A stretch of 64,000 bases of DNA from the human T2T-CHM13v2.0 reference genome, Homo sapiens, in assembly GCF_009914755.1 (NCBI RefSeq), contig NC_060944.1. One strand, 5' to 3'. The notes below the pieces were generated by a model. It was not told where the DNA came from. It saw nothing but the letters and a program-made list of their open reading frames with translations, and ran no database searches. The translations under genes were made by a program, and so were the position numbers. How positions within the stretch are numbered: the stretch's first letter is position 1; each line of letters begins with the position of its first letter. Shown piece by piece: positions 41,501 to 57,400 of this stretch.

Positions 41501-44500
41501 TGAAATGGAAAGGAATGGAACGGAATCAAAGCGATGGGAAAGGAATGCAAAGGAATGAAATGGAATGGAATCCACCCGAGTGAAATGGAATGGAATGGAA
41601 TGGAGTGGAATCAACCCAAGTGGAATGGAATCGAATTGAATGGAATGGATTGGAATGGAATGGAATGGAATGGAATGGAATGGAATGGAATGGAATTACC
41701 CAGAGTGAAATGGCATGGAAAGGAACGGAATAGAATTTAATGGAATAGAATGGAATGGAATGGAATCAACCCGAGTGGAATTGAATGGAATGAAATGGAA
41801 TGCAATGTAATGGAATGGAACCAATAAGAGTGGAATGGATTGGAATGGAATGGAATGGAATGAAAGGGAATGGATAAAACGTGAATGGAATGGAATGGAA
41901 TGGAATGGAATGGAATGGAAAAGAATGGAATGGAATGGAATACACCAGAGTGGAATGGAATAGAATGGAATGGAATGGAGTGGAATTAACCCCAGTGGAA
42001 TGGAATGGAATGGAATGGAATGGAATGGAATGGAATGGAATGGAATGGATTGGAATCAAACCGAGTGGAATGGAATGGAATGCAATGGAATGGAATGGGA
42101 TGGAATGGAATCAAACCGAGTGGAGTGGAATGGAATTGAATGGAATAAATTGGAATGGAAAGGAATGGAATGGAATGAAATGGAAAGGAATGGAATAGAA
42201 TCAACCACAGTGGAATGGAATGGAATGGAATGGAATGGAATGGAATGGAATGGAATGGAATCAACCCGAGTGGAATGGAATTTAATTAAATGGAATGGAA
42301 TGGAATGAACCCGAGTGGAATGGAATGGAATGGAATTGAATGGAATTAACCCGAGTGAAACGGAATGGAAAGGAACGGAATGGAATTTAATGGAATGGAA
42401 TGGAATGGAATGGAATGGAATGGAATCAACTTGAGTGGAATGGAATGAAATGGAATGGAATGGAAAGCAATGGAATTGAATGGAATCAACCAGAGTTGAA
42501 TGGAATTGAATGGAATGGAATGGAAGGGAATCAACCAAATGGAATGGAATGGAATTGAAACAAACCGAGTGAAATGGAATGGAAAGCTACGGAATGGAAT
42601 GATTTGGAATCAAACCGAGTGGAATGGAATGGAATGGAATGGAATGGAACGGAATGAAATCAACCTGAGTGGAATGGAATGGAATGGAATGGAATGGAAT
42701 GGAATGGAATGGAATGGGATGGAATAGAATGGAATGGAGTGGATTAGAATCAATCTGAATGGAATGGAAAGGAATGGAAAGGAATGCAATTGAATGGAAT
42801 GGAATGGAATGGAATGGAATTGAATAGAATCAACCAGAGTGGAATGGAGTGGAATGGAACGGAATGGAATGGAATGCAATGGAATAAATCCGAGTAGAAT
42901 GCAATGGAAAGGAATGGAACCAAATGGAATGGAATGGCATTGAATGGGATCAACACGAGTGGAATGGAATGGAATGGAATGGATTGGAATTGAATGGAAT
43001 TCACCAGAGTGGAATATAATGGAAAAGAATGGAATGTAGTGGAATCAACCCGAGTGGAATGGAATCGTATAGATTGAAATGGAATGGAATGGAATGGTAT
43101 GGAATGGAATGGAATGGAATGGAATGGAAAGGAAAGGAATGCAATGGAATCAAAACGAGTGGAATGGAATGGAATGGAAAGGAATGGAATGGAATTCAAT
43201 AGAATCAACCAGAGTGGAATGGAATGGAAAGGAACTGAATGGAATGGAATTGAATGGAATGGAATCCAATCCAGTGTAAGGAAATGGAATTGAATGGAAT
43301 GGAATGGAATGGAATGGAATGGACTGGACTGTAATAAATTCGAGTGGAAAGGAATGGAATGCAATTTAATATAATGGAAATCAATGGAATCCACCCGAAT
43401 GGAATGGAAAGGAATGGAATGGAATGGAATGGAATGGAATGGAATGGAATGTATTGGAATGGAATCAACTCGAGTGGAATGGAAAGGAATGGAATGGAAT
43501 GAAATGGAATGGAATGGAATGGAATGGAATGGAATGGAATAGAATGGAAATGAATGGAATCAACCCGAGTTTAATGGAATTGAATGGAATGCAATGGAAT
43601 GGAATGGAATCAACATGAGTGGAATGCAATAGAATGGAATGGAATGGAATGGAATGAAATGGATTGGAATCAACCCACGTGGAATGTAGTGGATTCAAAT
43701 GGAATGGAATCAACACGAGAGGAATGAAATGGAATGGAATGGAATGGAAAGGAATGGAATGGAGTGGAATGGAATGGGATGGAATGGAATGGAATGGAAT
43801 GGGATGGGATAGAATGGAATGGAATGGAATGGAATGGAATGGAATGGAATGGAATGGAATCAACCCTAGTGGAATGGAATGGAATGTAATGGAATGGAAT
43901 GGAATCAACCTGAGTGGAATTGAATTGAATGCAATGAAATGGTATGGAATGATTGGAATGGAATGGAATGGACTCAAAACGAGTGGAATGGAATGGAATG
44001 CAATGGAATGGCATGGAATGGAATGGAATGGAATGGAATGGAATGGAATGGAATAGAATGGAATGAAAGCGAGTGTAATGGAATGGATTCGAATGGAATG
44101 GTATAGATTGGAATCAAAGAGAGTGGAATGGAATGCAATGAAATGGAATCGAATGGAATGGGATGGAATGCAATGTCATGGAATGGAGTGGAATGGAATG
44201 GAATGGAATGGAATGGAATGGAATGGAATGGAATAGAGTGCAACGGAATGGAATGGCATGGAATTGAATGGAATGGATTAGAATGCGTTGGAATGGAGTA
44301 GAATGGAATCAAATGGGATGAAAGGGAATGGAATCGAATGGAATTAAATAGATTACAATGCAATGGAATGGAATGGAAAGCAATGGAATGGAATGGAATG
44401 GAATCAACACGTGTGGAATGTAACGCAAACGAATGGAATGGAATGCAATGGAATCAACAAAAGTGGAATGGAAGGGAATGGAATAGAATGGAATGGAATG

Positions 44501-46096
44501 GAATGGAATGCAATGAAGCCAACCCAAGTGGAATAGAATGGAATGGAATTCGACGGAGTGGAATGAAAGGGAATGGAATGGAATGGGATGGAATGGAATT
44601 AAACCCAACGGAGTGAATTGGAATTGAATGGAATGAAATGGACAGGAATGCAATGGAATGGAATCAACCCGTGTCGAATGCAATGGAATGGAATGGAATG
44701 GAATGGAATGGAATGGAATGGAATGGAATGGGAAGCAATGGAATGGAATGGAATCAACCAGAGTGGAATGCAACGGAATGGAATGGAATGGAATGGAATG
44801 GAATGGAATGGAATCAACCAGAGTGGAATGGAATGGAATGGCATGGAATGGGATCAACCGGAGTGAAATGGAATGGAAAGTTACGGAATGGAATGGAATG
44901 GGATCAACCGGAGGGAAATGGAATGGAAAGTTACGGAATGGAATGGAATGGAATGGAATGGAATCAACACGAGTGAAATGGAATTGAAAGAACGGAATGG
45001 AATTTAATGTAATGGAATGGAATGGAATGGAATCACCCCGAGTGGAATGGAATGGAATGGAATGGAATGGAATGGAATGGAATGGAACCAATAAGAGTGG
45101 AATGATTTAGAATGGAATGGAATGGAATGAAACGGAATGGAATCAACCCGAGTGGAATGGAATGGAATGATATTGAATGGAATGGAATGGAATGGAATCC
45201 ACCAGAGTGCAATGGAATAGAATGGAATGGAATGGAGTGGAATTAACCCAAGTGGAATGAAATGGAATCGAATGGAATGAAGTGGAATGGAATGGAATGG
45301 AATGGATTGGAATCAAACTGAGTGAAATGGAATGGAAAGGAATGGGATGGAATAGAATGGAATGGAGGGGATTGGAATCAATATGAGTGGAATGGAAACG
45401 AATGGAATGGAATGGAAAGGAATGGATTGGAATGGAATGGAATGGAACAGAATCAACCAGAGTGGAATTGAGTTTAATGGACCGGAATGGAATGGAACGG
45501 AATGGAATAAACCCGAGTAGAATGCAAAGGAAGGGAATGGAATCGAATGGAATGGAATGGCGTTGAATGGAATCAACACAAGTGGAATGGAATGGAATGG
45601 AATGGATTGCAATGGAATGGAATCAACCCGAGTGGAATGTAATGTAATGGAATGGAATGGAATAGAATCAACCCAAGTAGAATGGAATGGTAAGGAATGA
45701 AATGGAATTGAATGGAATGGAATGGTATGGAATGGAATGGAATGCAATGCAATGGAAAGGAATGCAATGGAATCAAAACGAGTGGAATGGAATGGAATGG
45801 AAAGGAATGGAATGGAATTCAATAGAATCAACGCGAGTGGAATGGAATGCAAAGGAATGGAATGGAATGGAATGGAATGGAATGGAATGGAATGAAATGG
45901 ATTGGAATCAACCCGCATGGAATGTAGTGGATTCGAATGGAATGGAATCAACCCGATAGGAATGGAATGAAATGGAATGGAATGAAATGGAATGGAATGC
46001 AATGGAATTGAATGGAAAGGAATGGAGTCAAACTTACTGGAATGGAAGAGAATGGAATGGAAAGGAATGGAATGGAGTGGAATGCAATGGAATCAA
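35530..46096 (+). repeat. Higher-order unit A3 (~10.6 kb), copy of A1
   Basis: Offset ~34.90-34.94 kb from A1 (37253..37501 = 2334..2582; 41121..41459 = 6217..6555). Carries A1-type diagnostic alleles. Confidence 0.88.
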
Positions 46097-47890
46097 CCCG
46101 ACTGGACTGGAATGGAATGGAAGGTAATGGAATGAAATGGAGTCAAACCGACTGGAATGGAATGGAATGGAATGCAATGGAATCAACTCGAATGGAATGG
46201 AATGGAATGGAATGGAATGGAATGGAATGGAATGGAATGAAATGGATTGGAATGGAATGGAATGGATTCAGTGTGAGAGGAATGGAATGGAAGGGAGTGG
46301 AATGGAATAGAACGAAATGGAATAGAATGGTTTGGAATGCAATGGAATGGATTGAAATGGAATGGAAAGGAATAAAATCAAGTGAAATTGGATGGAATGG
46401 ATTGGAAAGGAATGGAATGGAATGGAATGGAATGGAATGGAATGGAATCCACCCAAGTGCAATGGAATGGATTTGAATGGATTGGAATGGAATGGAATGG
46501 AATGGAATGGACTTCACACGAGTGCAATGGAATGGAATGGAATGGAACCAACCAGAGTGGAATGGAATGGAATGGAAACTAATGGAATGGAATGGAATGG
46601 AATCACAGCGAGTGGAATGGAATGGAATGCAATGAAATGGTTTGGAATGGTGTGGAATGGAATGGAATGGAATGCAATGGAATGGAATCAAAGCGAGTGG
46701 AATGGAATGGAATGAAATGGAATGGAATGGAATCAACACGAGTGGAATGGAAGGGAATGGAATGGGATGGGATGGAATGGAATGGAATGCAATGCAATGG
46801 AATCAACCCGAGTAGAATGGAAAGGAATGGAATGGAAGGGAATGGAATGGAATGGAATGGAATGGAATAGAATGGAATGGAATGCAATGGAATCCAAGCG
46901 ATTAGAATGGAAAGGAATGGCATGGAATGGAATGGAATGGAATGGAATGGAATGGAATGGAATACAAGGGAATGGAATGGAATGGAGTCAACTGGAATGG
47001 AATGGAATGGAACCAACACGAGTGGAATGAAATGGAAAGGAGCGGAATGGACAGGAAAAGAATGGAAAGGAACTGAATGTAATGGAATCGAATGGAGTGG
47101 AATTGAATGGAATGAAATGGAATCAATGTGAGTGAAATGGAATGGTATGGAACGGAATGGATGGGAATGGAATGGAATGGAATGGAATGGAATGCAATGG
47201 AATCAATGAGAGTGCAAAGGAATGGAATGGAATGGGGCAAATAAAATGGAATTTATTTGAATGGAATGGAATCAACTGGAATTGAATGGAATGGAATGGA
47301 ATGGAATGGAATGGAATAGAAAGCCATGGAATGGAATGGAATGGAATGCCATGGAATGGAATGGAATGGAATTAACAAGAATGGAAAGGAATGGAATGGA
47401 ATGGAATGGAATGGAATGGAATGGAATGGAGAGGAGGCAAACCGAGTGGAATGGAATGGATTGCAATGGAATGGAAAGGAATGGAATGGAATGGAATGGA
47501 ATGCAACGGAATGGAGTGGAATGGAATGGAATGCAATGCAATGGAAAGGAATGCAATGGAATCAAAACGAGTGGAATGGAATGGAATGGAAAGGAATGGA
47601 ATGGAATTCAATAGAATCAACGCGAGTGGAATGGAATGCAAAGGAATGGAATGGAATGGAATGGAATGGAATGGAATGGAATGGAATGAAATGGATTGGA
47701 ATCAACCCGCATGGAATGTAGTGGATTCGAATGGAATGGAATCAACCCGATAGGAATGGAATGAAATAGAATGGAATGAAATGGAATGGAATGCAATGGA
47801 ATTGAATGGAAAGGAATGGAGTCAAACTTAATGGAATGGAAGAGAATGGAATGGAAAGGAATGGAATGGAGTGGAATGCAATGGAATCAA
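46097..47890 (+). repeat. Short unit S2 (~1.8 kb)
   Basis: Matches S1 (46382..46582 = 22009..22209; CACAGCGAG, GGGGCAAATA and AAAGCCATGG words). Confidence 0.85.
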
Positions 47891-50800
47891 CCCGACTGGA
47901 CTGGAATGGAATGGAAGGTAATGGAATGAAATGGAGTCAAACCGACTGGAATGGAATGGAATGGAATGGAATGGAATGGATTGGAATGGAATGGAATGGA
48001 TTCAGTGTGAGAGGAATGGAATGGAAGGGAGTGGAATGGAATAGAACGAAATGGAATTGAATGGAATGGAATGTAATGGAATGGATTGAAATGGAATGGA
48101 AAGGAATAAAGTCAAGTGAAATTGGATGAAATGGATTGGAATGGAATGGAATGGAATGGAATGGAATGGAATGGAATCCACCCAAGTGCAATGGAATGGA
48201 TTTGAATGGATTGGAATGGAATGGAATGGAATGGAATGGAATGGAATGGACTTCACACGAGTGCAATGGAATGGAATGGAATGGAACCAACCAGAGTGGA
48301 ATGGAATGGAATGGAAATTAATGGAATGGAATGGAATGGAATCAACCCGAGTGGAATGGAATGGAATGCAATGAAATGGTTTGGAATGGTGTGGAATGGA
48401 ATGGAATGGAATGCAATAGAATGGAATCAAAGCGAGTGGAATGGAATGGAATGAAATGGAATGGAATGGAATCAACAAGAGTGGAATGGAAGGGAATGGA
48501 ATGGGATGGGATGGAATGGAATGGAATGCAATGCAATGGAATCAACCCGAGTAGAATGGAAAGGAATGGAATGGAATGGAAAGGAATGGAATGGAATGGA
48601 ATGGAATGGAATGGAATGGAATCCACCCGATTACAATGGAAAGGAATGGCATGGAATGGAATGGAATGGAATGGATTGGAATGGAATACAAGGGAATGCA
48701 ATGGAATGGAGTCAACAGGAATGGAATGGAATGGAACCAACACGAGTGGAATGAAATGGAAAGGAGCGGAATGGACAGGAAAGGAATGGAAAGGAACTGA
48801 ATGTAATGGAATCGAATGGAGTGGAATTGAATGGAATGAAATGGAATCAATGTGAGTGAAATGGAATGGAATGGAACGGAATGGATGGGAATGGAATGGA
48901 ATGGAATGGAATGGAATGCAATGGAATCAATGAGAGTGCAATGGATGGAATGGAATGGAGCAAATAAAAAGTAATTTATTTGAATGGAATGGAATCAACT
49001 GGAATGGAATGGAATGGAATGGAATGGAATGGAATAGAATGCCATGGAATGGAATGGAATGGAATGCCATGGAATGGAATGGAATGGAATTAACAAGAAA
49101 GGAAAGGAATGGAATGGAATGGAATGGAATGGAATGGAATGGAGAAGACGCAAACCGAGTGGAATGGAATGGATTGCAATGGAATGGAAAGGAATGAAAT
49201 GGAATGCAACGGAATGGAGTGGAATGGAATAGAATGGAATGGAATGGAATGGAATGGAATGGAATGGAATCAATGCAAGTGTAATTGAATGGAATGGAAT
49301 GGAATGGAATGGAGTGGAATTGATTGGAATTGATATGAATGGAATGGAATCAACCGGAATGGAATGGACTGGAATGGAATGGAATGGAATGGAATCAACT
49401 AGAATGGAAAGGAATGGAATGCAATGCAATGGAATGGAATGGAATGGAATGGAATCAACCCTTGTGAAATGTAAACCAAAGGAATGGAATGGAATGGAAT
49501 GGAATTAAATGGAATGGAATCAACAAAAGTGGAATGGAATGGAAGGGAATACAACGGAATAGAATGGAATGGAATGGAATAAACCAGAGTGTAATGGAAG
49601 GGAATGGAATGCAATGGATTCGATTGGAATTAAATTAACTCCATTGGAATGGAGTGGAATGGAATGGAATGGAATGCAAAGAAGCCGATTGGAATGCAGT
49701 GGACTGCAAAGGAATGGAATTGAAAGGGATGGAATGGAATGGAATGGAATAGAATGCAATGGAATGGAATGGAGTGGAATGGAATTAACAAAAGTGGAAT
49801 GGAAGGGAATGGAATAGAATGGAATGGAATGGAATGGAATGGAATGGAATCAACCCGAGTGGAATGGAATTGACGGGATTGGAATGGAATGTAATGAACC
49901 CGAGTGGAATTGAATGGAATGGAATTGAATGGAATTAACCCGAGTGAAATGGAATGGAAAGGAACTGAATGGAATTTAATGGAATGGAATGGAATGGAAT
50001 GGAATGGAATGGAATGGAATGGTGTCGAATAGAATGGTATGGAATGGAATGAACCCTCGTGGAATGGAATGGAATGGAATGGAATGGAATGGAATGGAAT
50101 GGAATGGAATGGAATGGAATGGAATGGAACAGAATGGAACGGAATCTTCCGCAGTGGAATGGAATGGAATGGAATAGAATCAACCTGAGTGGAATGGAAT
50201 GGAATGCAATGAAATGTTATAGAATGGTTTAAATGGAAAGGAATGGAATCGAAACGAGGGGAATGGAATGGAATGGAAACGAATGGAATGGAATGGAATG
50301 GAATGGAAACAACCCTAGTGGAATGGAACGAAATGCCAAGGAATGGTATGCAATGGAATGGAATGGAATAGAATGGAATCAAAACGAGTGGAATGCAATG
50401 GAATGGAATGGAATAGATTGGAATGAAACCGAGTGGAATGGAATGCAATGGAATGAAATGGAATGGAATGGAATGGAATGGAATGGAATGGAATGGAATG
50501 GAATGGAATGCAATAGCGCGGAATGGAATGGAATGGAATGGAATGGAATGGAATGGAATGCAATGGAATGGAATAGACTGCGACGGAATGGAATGGAATG
50601 GTATTGAATGGAAACGATAGGAATGCATTCGAATGGAATCGAATGTAATCTACTTTTAATGGAAGGGAATGGAATGGAATGGAATGGAATCAATTATATT
50701 GGAATGGAATGGAATGAAATGGAATGCAATGGAATGGAAAGGAATGCAATCAACCCGTGATAATGGAAAGCAAAGGAATGGAATAGAACGGAATGGAATC

Positions 50801-53800
50801 AACAAAAGTGGAAAGGAAGGGAATGGAATAGAATGGAATGGAATGGAATGGATTGGAAGGCAATGGAGTCAACCCAAATGGAATCGAATGTTATGGAATG
50901 AAATGGAAGGGAACGAAATGGAATGGAATGGCATGGAATGGAATGGGATGGAATGCAATTAAACCGAGTGGAGTGTAATGGATTTGAATGGAATGGAATG
51001 GAATAAATTGCAATGGAATGGAATGGAATGCAATGGAATGGAATCAACCCGTCTGGAATGGAATGGAATGGAAAGGAATGGAAAGCAAGGCAATGGAATG
51101 GAATGAACTGCAATGGAATGGAATGGAATGGAATGGAATGGAATGGAATGGAATGGATTGGAATCAAACCGAGTGGAATGGAATGGAATGGCATGAAATG
51201 GAATGGAATGGAATGGAATGAAATCAACCTGAGTGGAATGGAATGGAATGGAATGGCATGGAATAGAATGGAATGGAGTGGATGAGAATCAATCTGAGTG
51301 GAATGCAAAGGAATGGAATTGAATGAAATGGAATGGAATAGAATGAACCAGAGTGGAATTGAGTGGAATTGACCGGAATGGAATGGAATGGAATGTAATG
51401 GAATGGAATGGAATAAACCCGATTCGAATGCAATGGAAGGGAATGGAATCGAATGGAATGCAATGGCATTGAATGGCATCAACAAGAGTGGAGTGCAATG
51501 GAATGGAATGGATTGGAATGGAATGGAATCCACACGAGAGGAATGTAATGGAAAGGAATGGAAAGGAATGGAATCAACCCGAGTCGAATGGAATGCTATG
51601 GAATGAAATGGAATGGAATGGAATGGTATGGAATGGAATGGAATGGAATGGAAAGGAAAGGAATGCAATTGAATCAAAACGAGTGGAATGGAAAGGAATG
51701 GAAAGGAATGGAATGGAATTCAATAGAATCAACACGAGTGGAATGGAAAGAAAGGAATTTAATGGAATGGAAAGGAATGGACTGGAATACAATCCAGTGT
51801 ACAGGAATAGAATGGAATGGAATGGAATGGAATAAATTCGAATGGAATGGAATGGAATGCAATGTAATATGATGGAAAGGAATAGAATGCACCCGAATGG
51901 AATGGAAAGGAATGGAATGGAATGGAATGGAATGGAATGGAATGGATTGGAATGGAATCAACGCGAGTGGAATGCAAAGGAATAGAATGGAATGGAATTA
52001 AATGGAATGGAATGGAAAGGAATGGAATGGAATGGAATGGAATGGAACGGAATCGAATGGAATGGAATGGAATGGAAAGGAATGGAATCAACCCGAGTGG
52101 AATGGAATGGAATGGAATGCAATGTAATGGAATGGAATCAACCCGAGTGGAATGCAATGGAATGGAATGGAATGGAATGGAATGGAATGGATTGGAATCA
52201 ACAATGCGTGGAATGTATTGCATTTGAATAGACTGGAATGAACCCGAGAGGAATGGAATGGAATGGAATGGAATGGAATGGAATGGAATGGAAGGGAATG
52301 GAGTGGAATGGAATGGGATGGAATGGAATGAACCATAGTGGAATGGAATGGAATGGAATGGAATGGAATGGAATGGAATGGAACGGAATCAAGCCGAGTG
52401 GAATGAAATGGAATGGAACAGAATCAACCTGAGTGGAATGGAATGGAATGCAATGAAGTGGTATGAAATGTTTAGAATGGAATGGAATGGACTCAAAACG
52501 AGTGGAATGGAATGGAATGGAAATGAATGGAATGGAGTGGAATGGAAACAACCCGAGTGGAATGGAATGGAATGCAATAGAATGGTATGGAATGGAATGG
52601 AATGGAATAGAATGGAATCAAAACGAGTGGAATGGAATGGAATGGAATGGAATGGAATGGAATGCAATGGCATGGAATGGAATGGAATGAAATGGTATGG
52701 AATGGCATGGAATGGAATGGAATGGAATGGAATGGAATGGAATTGAATGGATTGGAATGGAATGGAATGGATTCAGTGTGAGAGGAATGGAATGGAAGGG
52801 AGTGGAATGGAATAGAACGAAATGGAATAGAATGGTTTGGAATGCAATGGAATGGATTGAAATGGAATGGAAAGGAATAAAATCAAGTGAAATTGGATGG
52901 AATGGATTGGAAAGGAATGGAATGGAATGGAATGGAATGGAATGGAATGGAATCCACCCAAGTGCAATGGAATGGATTTGAATGGATTGGAATGGAATGG
53001 AATGGAATGGAATGGACTTCACACGAGTGCAATGGAATGGAATGGAATGGAACCAACCAGAGTGGAATGGAATGGAATGGAAACTAATGGAATGGAATGG
53101 AATGGAATCACAGCGAGTGGAATGGAATGGAATGCAATGAAATGGTTTGGAATGGTGTGGAATGGAATGGAATGGAATGCAATGGAATGGAATCAAAGCG
53201 AGTGGAATGGAATGGAATGAAATGGAATGGAATGGAATCAACACGAGTGGAATGGAAGGGAATGGAATGGGATGGGATGGAATGGAATGGAATGCAATGC
53301 AATGGAATCAACCCGAGTAGAATGGAAAGGAATGGAATGGAAGGGAATGGAATGGAATGGAATGGAATGGAATAGAATGGAATGGAATGCAATGGAATCC
53401 AAGCGATTAGAATGGAAAGGAATGGCATGGAATGGAATGGAATGGAATGGAATGGAATGGAATGGAATACAAGGGAATGGAATGGAATGGAGTCAACTGG
53501 AATGGAATGGAATGGAACCAACACGAGTGGAATGAAATGGAAAGGAGCGGAATGGACAGGAAAAGAATGGAAAGGAACTGAATGTAATGGAATCGAATGG
53601 AGTGGAATTGAATGGAATGAAATGGAATCAATGTGAGTGAAATGGAATGGTATGGAACGGAATGGATGGGAATGGAATGGAATGGAATGGAATGGAATGC
53701 AATGGAATCAATGAGAGTGCAAAGGAATGGAATGGAATGGGGCAAATAAAATGGAATTTATTTGAATGGAATGGAATCAACTGGAATTGAATGGAATGGA

Positions 53801-54410
53801 ATGGAATGGAATGGAATGGAATGGAATAGAAAGCCATGGAATGGAATGGAATGGAATGCCATGGAATGGAATGGAATGGAATTAACAAGAATGGAAAGGA
53901 ATGGAATGGAATGGAATGGAATGGAATGGAATGGAATGGAATGGAGAGGAGGCAAACCGAGTGGAATGGAATGGATTGCAATGGAATGGAAAGGAATGGA
54001 ATGGAATGGAATGGAATGCAACGGAATGGAGTGGAATGGAATGGAATGCAATGCAATGGAAAGGAATGCAATGGAATCAAAACGAGTGGAATGGAATGGA
54101 ATGGAAAGGAATGGAATGGAATTCAATAGAATCAACGCGAGTGGAATGGAATGCAAAGGAATGGAATGGAATGGAATGGAATGGAATGGAATGGAATGGA
54201 ATGGAATGAAATGGATTGGAATCAACCCGCATGGAATGTAGTGGATTCGAATGGAATGGAATCAACCCGATAGGAATGGAATGAAATAGAATGGAATGAA
54301 ATGGAATGGAATGCAATGGAATTGAATGGAAAGGAATGGAGTCAAACTTAATGGAATGGAAGAGAATGGAATGGAAAGGAATGGAATGGAGTGGAATGCA
54401 ATGGAATCAA
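47891..54410 (+). repeat. Fusion unit (~6.5 kb): 5' part of an A2-like unit joined at ~52750 to an S unit
   Basis: 47891-52745 matches 11202-16050 (offset ~36690). 52750-54410 matches 21870-23527 (offset ~30880). Confidence 0.85.
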
Positions 54411-57400
54411 CCCGACTGGACTGGAATGGAATGGAAGGTAATGGAATGAAATGGAGTCAAACCGACTGGAATGGAATGGAATGGAATGGAATGGAATGGA
54501 TTGGAATGGAATGGAATGGATTCAGTGTGAGAGGAATGGAATGGAAGGGAGTGGAATGGAATAGAACGAAATGGAATTGAATGGAATGGAATGTAATGGA
54601 ATGGATTGAAATGGAATGGAAAGGAATAAAGTCAAGTGAAATTGGATGAAATGGATTGGAATGGAATGGAATGGAATGGAATGGAATGGAATGGAATCCA
54701 CCCAAGTGCAATGGAATGGATTTGAATGGATTGGAATGGAATGGAATGGAATGGAATGGAATGGAATGGACTTCACACGAGTGCAATGGAATGGAATGGA
54801 ATGGAACCAACCAGAGTGGAATGGAATGGAATGGAAATTAATGGAATGGAATGGAATGGAATCAACCCGAGTGGAATGGAATGGAATGCAATGAAATGGT
54901 TTGGAATGGTGTGGAATGGAATGGAATGGAATGCAATAGAATGGAATCAAAGCGAGTGGAATGGAATGGAATGAAATGGAATGGAATGGAATCAACAAGA
55001 GTGGAATGGAAGGGAATGGAATGGGATGGGATGGAATGGAATGGAATGCAATGCAATGGAATCAACCCGAGTAGAATGGAAAGGAATGTAATGGAAGGGA
55101 ATGGAATGGAATGGAGTGGAATGGAATGGAATGGATTGGAATGGAATGCAATGGAATCCAAGCGATTAGAATGGAAAGGAATGGCATGGAATGGAATGGA
55201 ATGGAATGGAATGGAATGGAATGGAATGGAATACAAGGGAATGGAATGGAATGGAGTCAACTGGAATGGAATGGAATGGAACCAACACGAGTGGAATGAA
55301 ATGGAAAGGAGCGGAATGGACAGGAAAGGAATGGAAAGGAACTGAATGTAATGGAATCGAATGGAGTGGAATTGAATGGAATGAAATGGAATCAATGTGA
55401 GTGAAATGGAATGGTATGGAACGGATTGGATGGGAATGGAATGGAATGGAATGGAATGGAATGCAATGGAATCAATGAGAGTGTAAAGAAATGGAATGGA
55501 ATGGAGCAAATAAAATGGAATTTATTTGAATGGAATGGAATCAACTGGAATGGAATGGAATGGAATGGAATGGAATGGAATGGAATGGAATGGAATGGAA
55601 TAGAATGCCATGGAATGGAATGGAATGGAATGCCATGGAATGGAATGGAATGGAATGCCATGGAATGGAATGGAATGGAATTAACAAGAATGGAAAGGAA
55701 TGGAATGGAATGGAATGGAATGGAATGGAGAGGAGGCAAACCGAGTGGAATGGAATGGATTGCAATGGAATGGAAAGGAATGGAATGGAATGGAATGGAA
55801 TGCAACGGAATGGAGTGGAATGGAATGGAATGGAATGGAATGGAATGGAATGGAATGGAATGGAATCAATTATATTAGAATGGAATGGAATGAAATGGAA
55901 TGCAATGGAATGGAAAGGAATGCAATCAACACGTGGTAATGGAATGCAAAGGAATGGAATAGAACGGAATGGAATCAACAAAAGTGGAATGGAAGGGAAT
56001 GGAATAGAATGGAATGGAATGGAATGGATTGGAATGCAATGGAGTCAACCCAAATGGAATCGAATGGAATGGAATGAAATGGAAGGGAACGAAATGGAAT
56101 GGAATGGCATGGAATGGAATGGGATGGAATGGAATTAAAGCGAGTGGAGTGGAATGGATTTGAATGGAATGGAATGGAATAAATTGCAATGGAATGGAAT
56201 GGAATGCAATGGAATGGAATCAACCCGTCTGGAATGGAATGGAATGGAAAGGAATGGAAAGAAAGGCAATGGAATGGAATCAACTGGAATGGAATGGAAT
56301 GGATTGGAATCAAACCGAGTGGAATGGAATGGAATGGCATGAAATGGAATGGAATGGAATGGAATGAAATCAACCTGAGTGGAATGGAATGGAATGGAAT
56401 GGCATGGAATAGAATGGAATGGAGTGGATGAGAATCAATCTGAGTGGAATGCAAAGGAATGGAATTGAATGCAATGGAATGCAATGGAATGGAATAGAAT
56501 GAACCAGAGTGGAATTGAGTGGAATTGACCAGAATGGAATGGAATGGAATGTAATGGAACGGAATGGAATAAACCCGATTCGAATGCAATCGAATGGAAT
56601 GGAATCGAATGGAATGCAATGGCATTGAATGGCATCAACAAGAGTGGAATGCAATGGAATGGAATGGATTGGAATGGAATGGAATCCACACGAGAGGAAT
56701 GTAATGGAAAGGAATGGAAAGGAGTGGAATCAACCCGAGTCGAAAGGAATGCTATGGAATGAAATGGAATGGAATGGAATGGAATGGTACGGAATGGAAT
56801 GGAATGGAATGGAAAGGAAAGGAATGCAGTTGAATCAAAACGAGTGGAATGGAATGGAATGGAAAGGAATGGAATGGAATTCAATAGAATCAACCCGAGT
56901 GGAATGGAAAGGAAAGGAATTTAATGGAATGGAAAGGAATGGAATGGAATACAATCCAGTGTACAGGAATGGAATGGAATGGAATGGAATGGAATAGAAT
57001 GGAATAAATTCGAGTGGAATGGAATGGAATGCAATGTAATATGATGGAAAGGAATAGAATCCACCTGAATGGAATGGAATGGAATGGAATGGAATGGAAT
57101 GGAATGGATTGGAATGGAATCAACGCGAGTGGAATGGAAAGGAATAGAATGGAATGGAATTAAATGGAATTGAATGGAAAGGAATGGAATGGAATGGAAT
57201 GGAACGGAATCGAATGGAATGGAATGGAATGGAAAGGAATGGAATCAACCCGAGTGGAATGGAATGGAATGGAATGCAATGTAAAGGAATGGAATAAACC
57301 CAAGTGGAATGCAATGGAATGGAATGGAATGGAATGGAATGGAATGGATTGGAATCAACAATGCGTGGAATGTATTGCATTTGAATAGAATGGAATGAAC

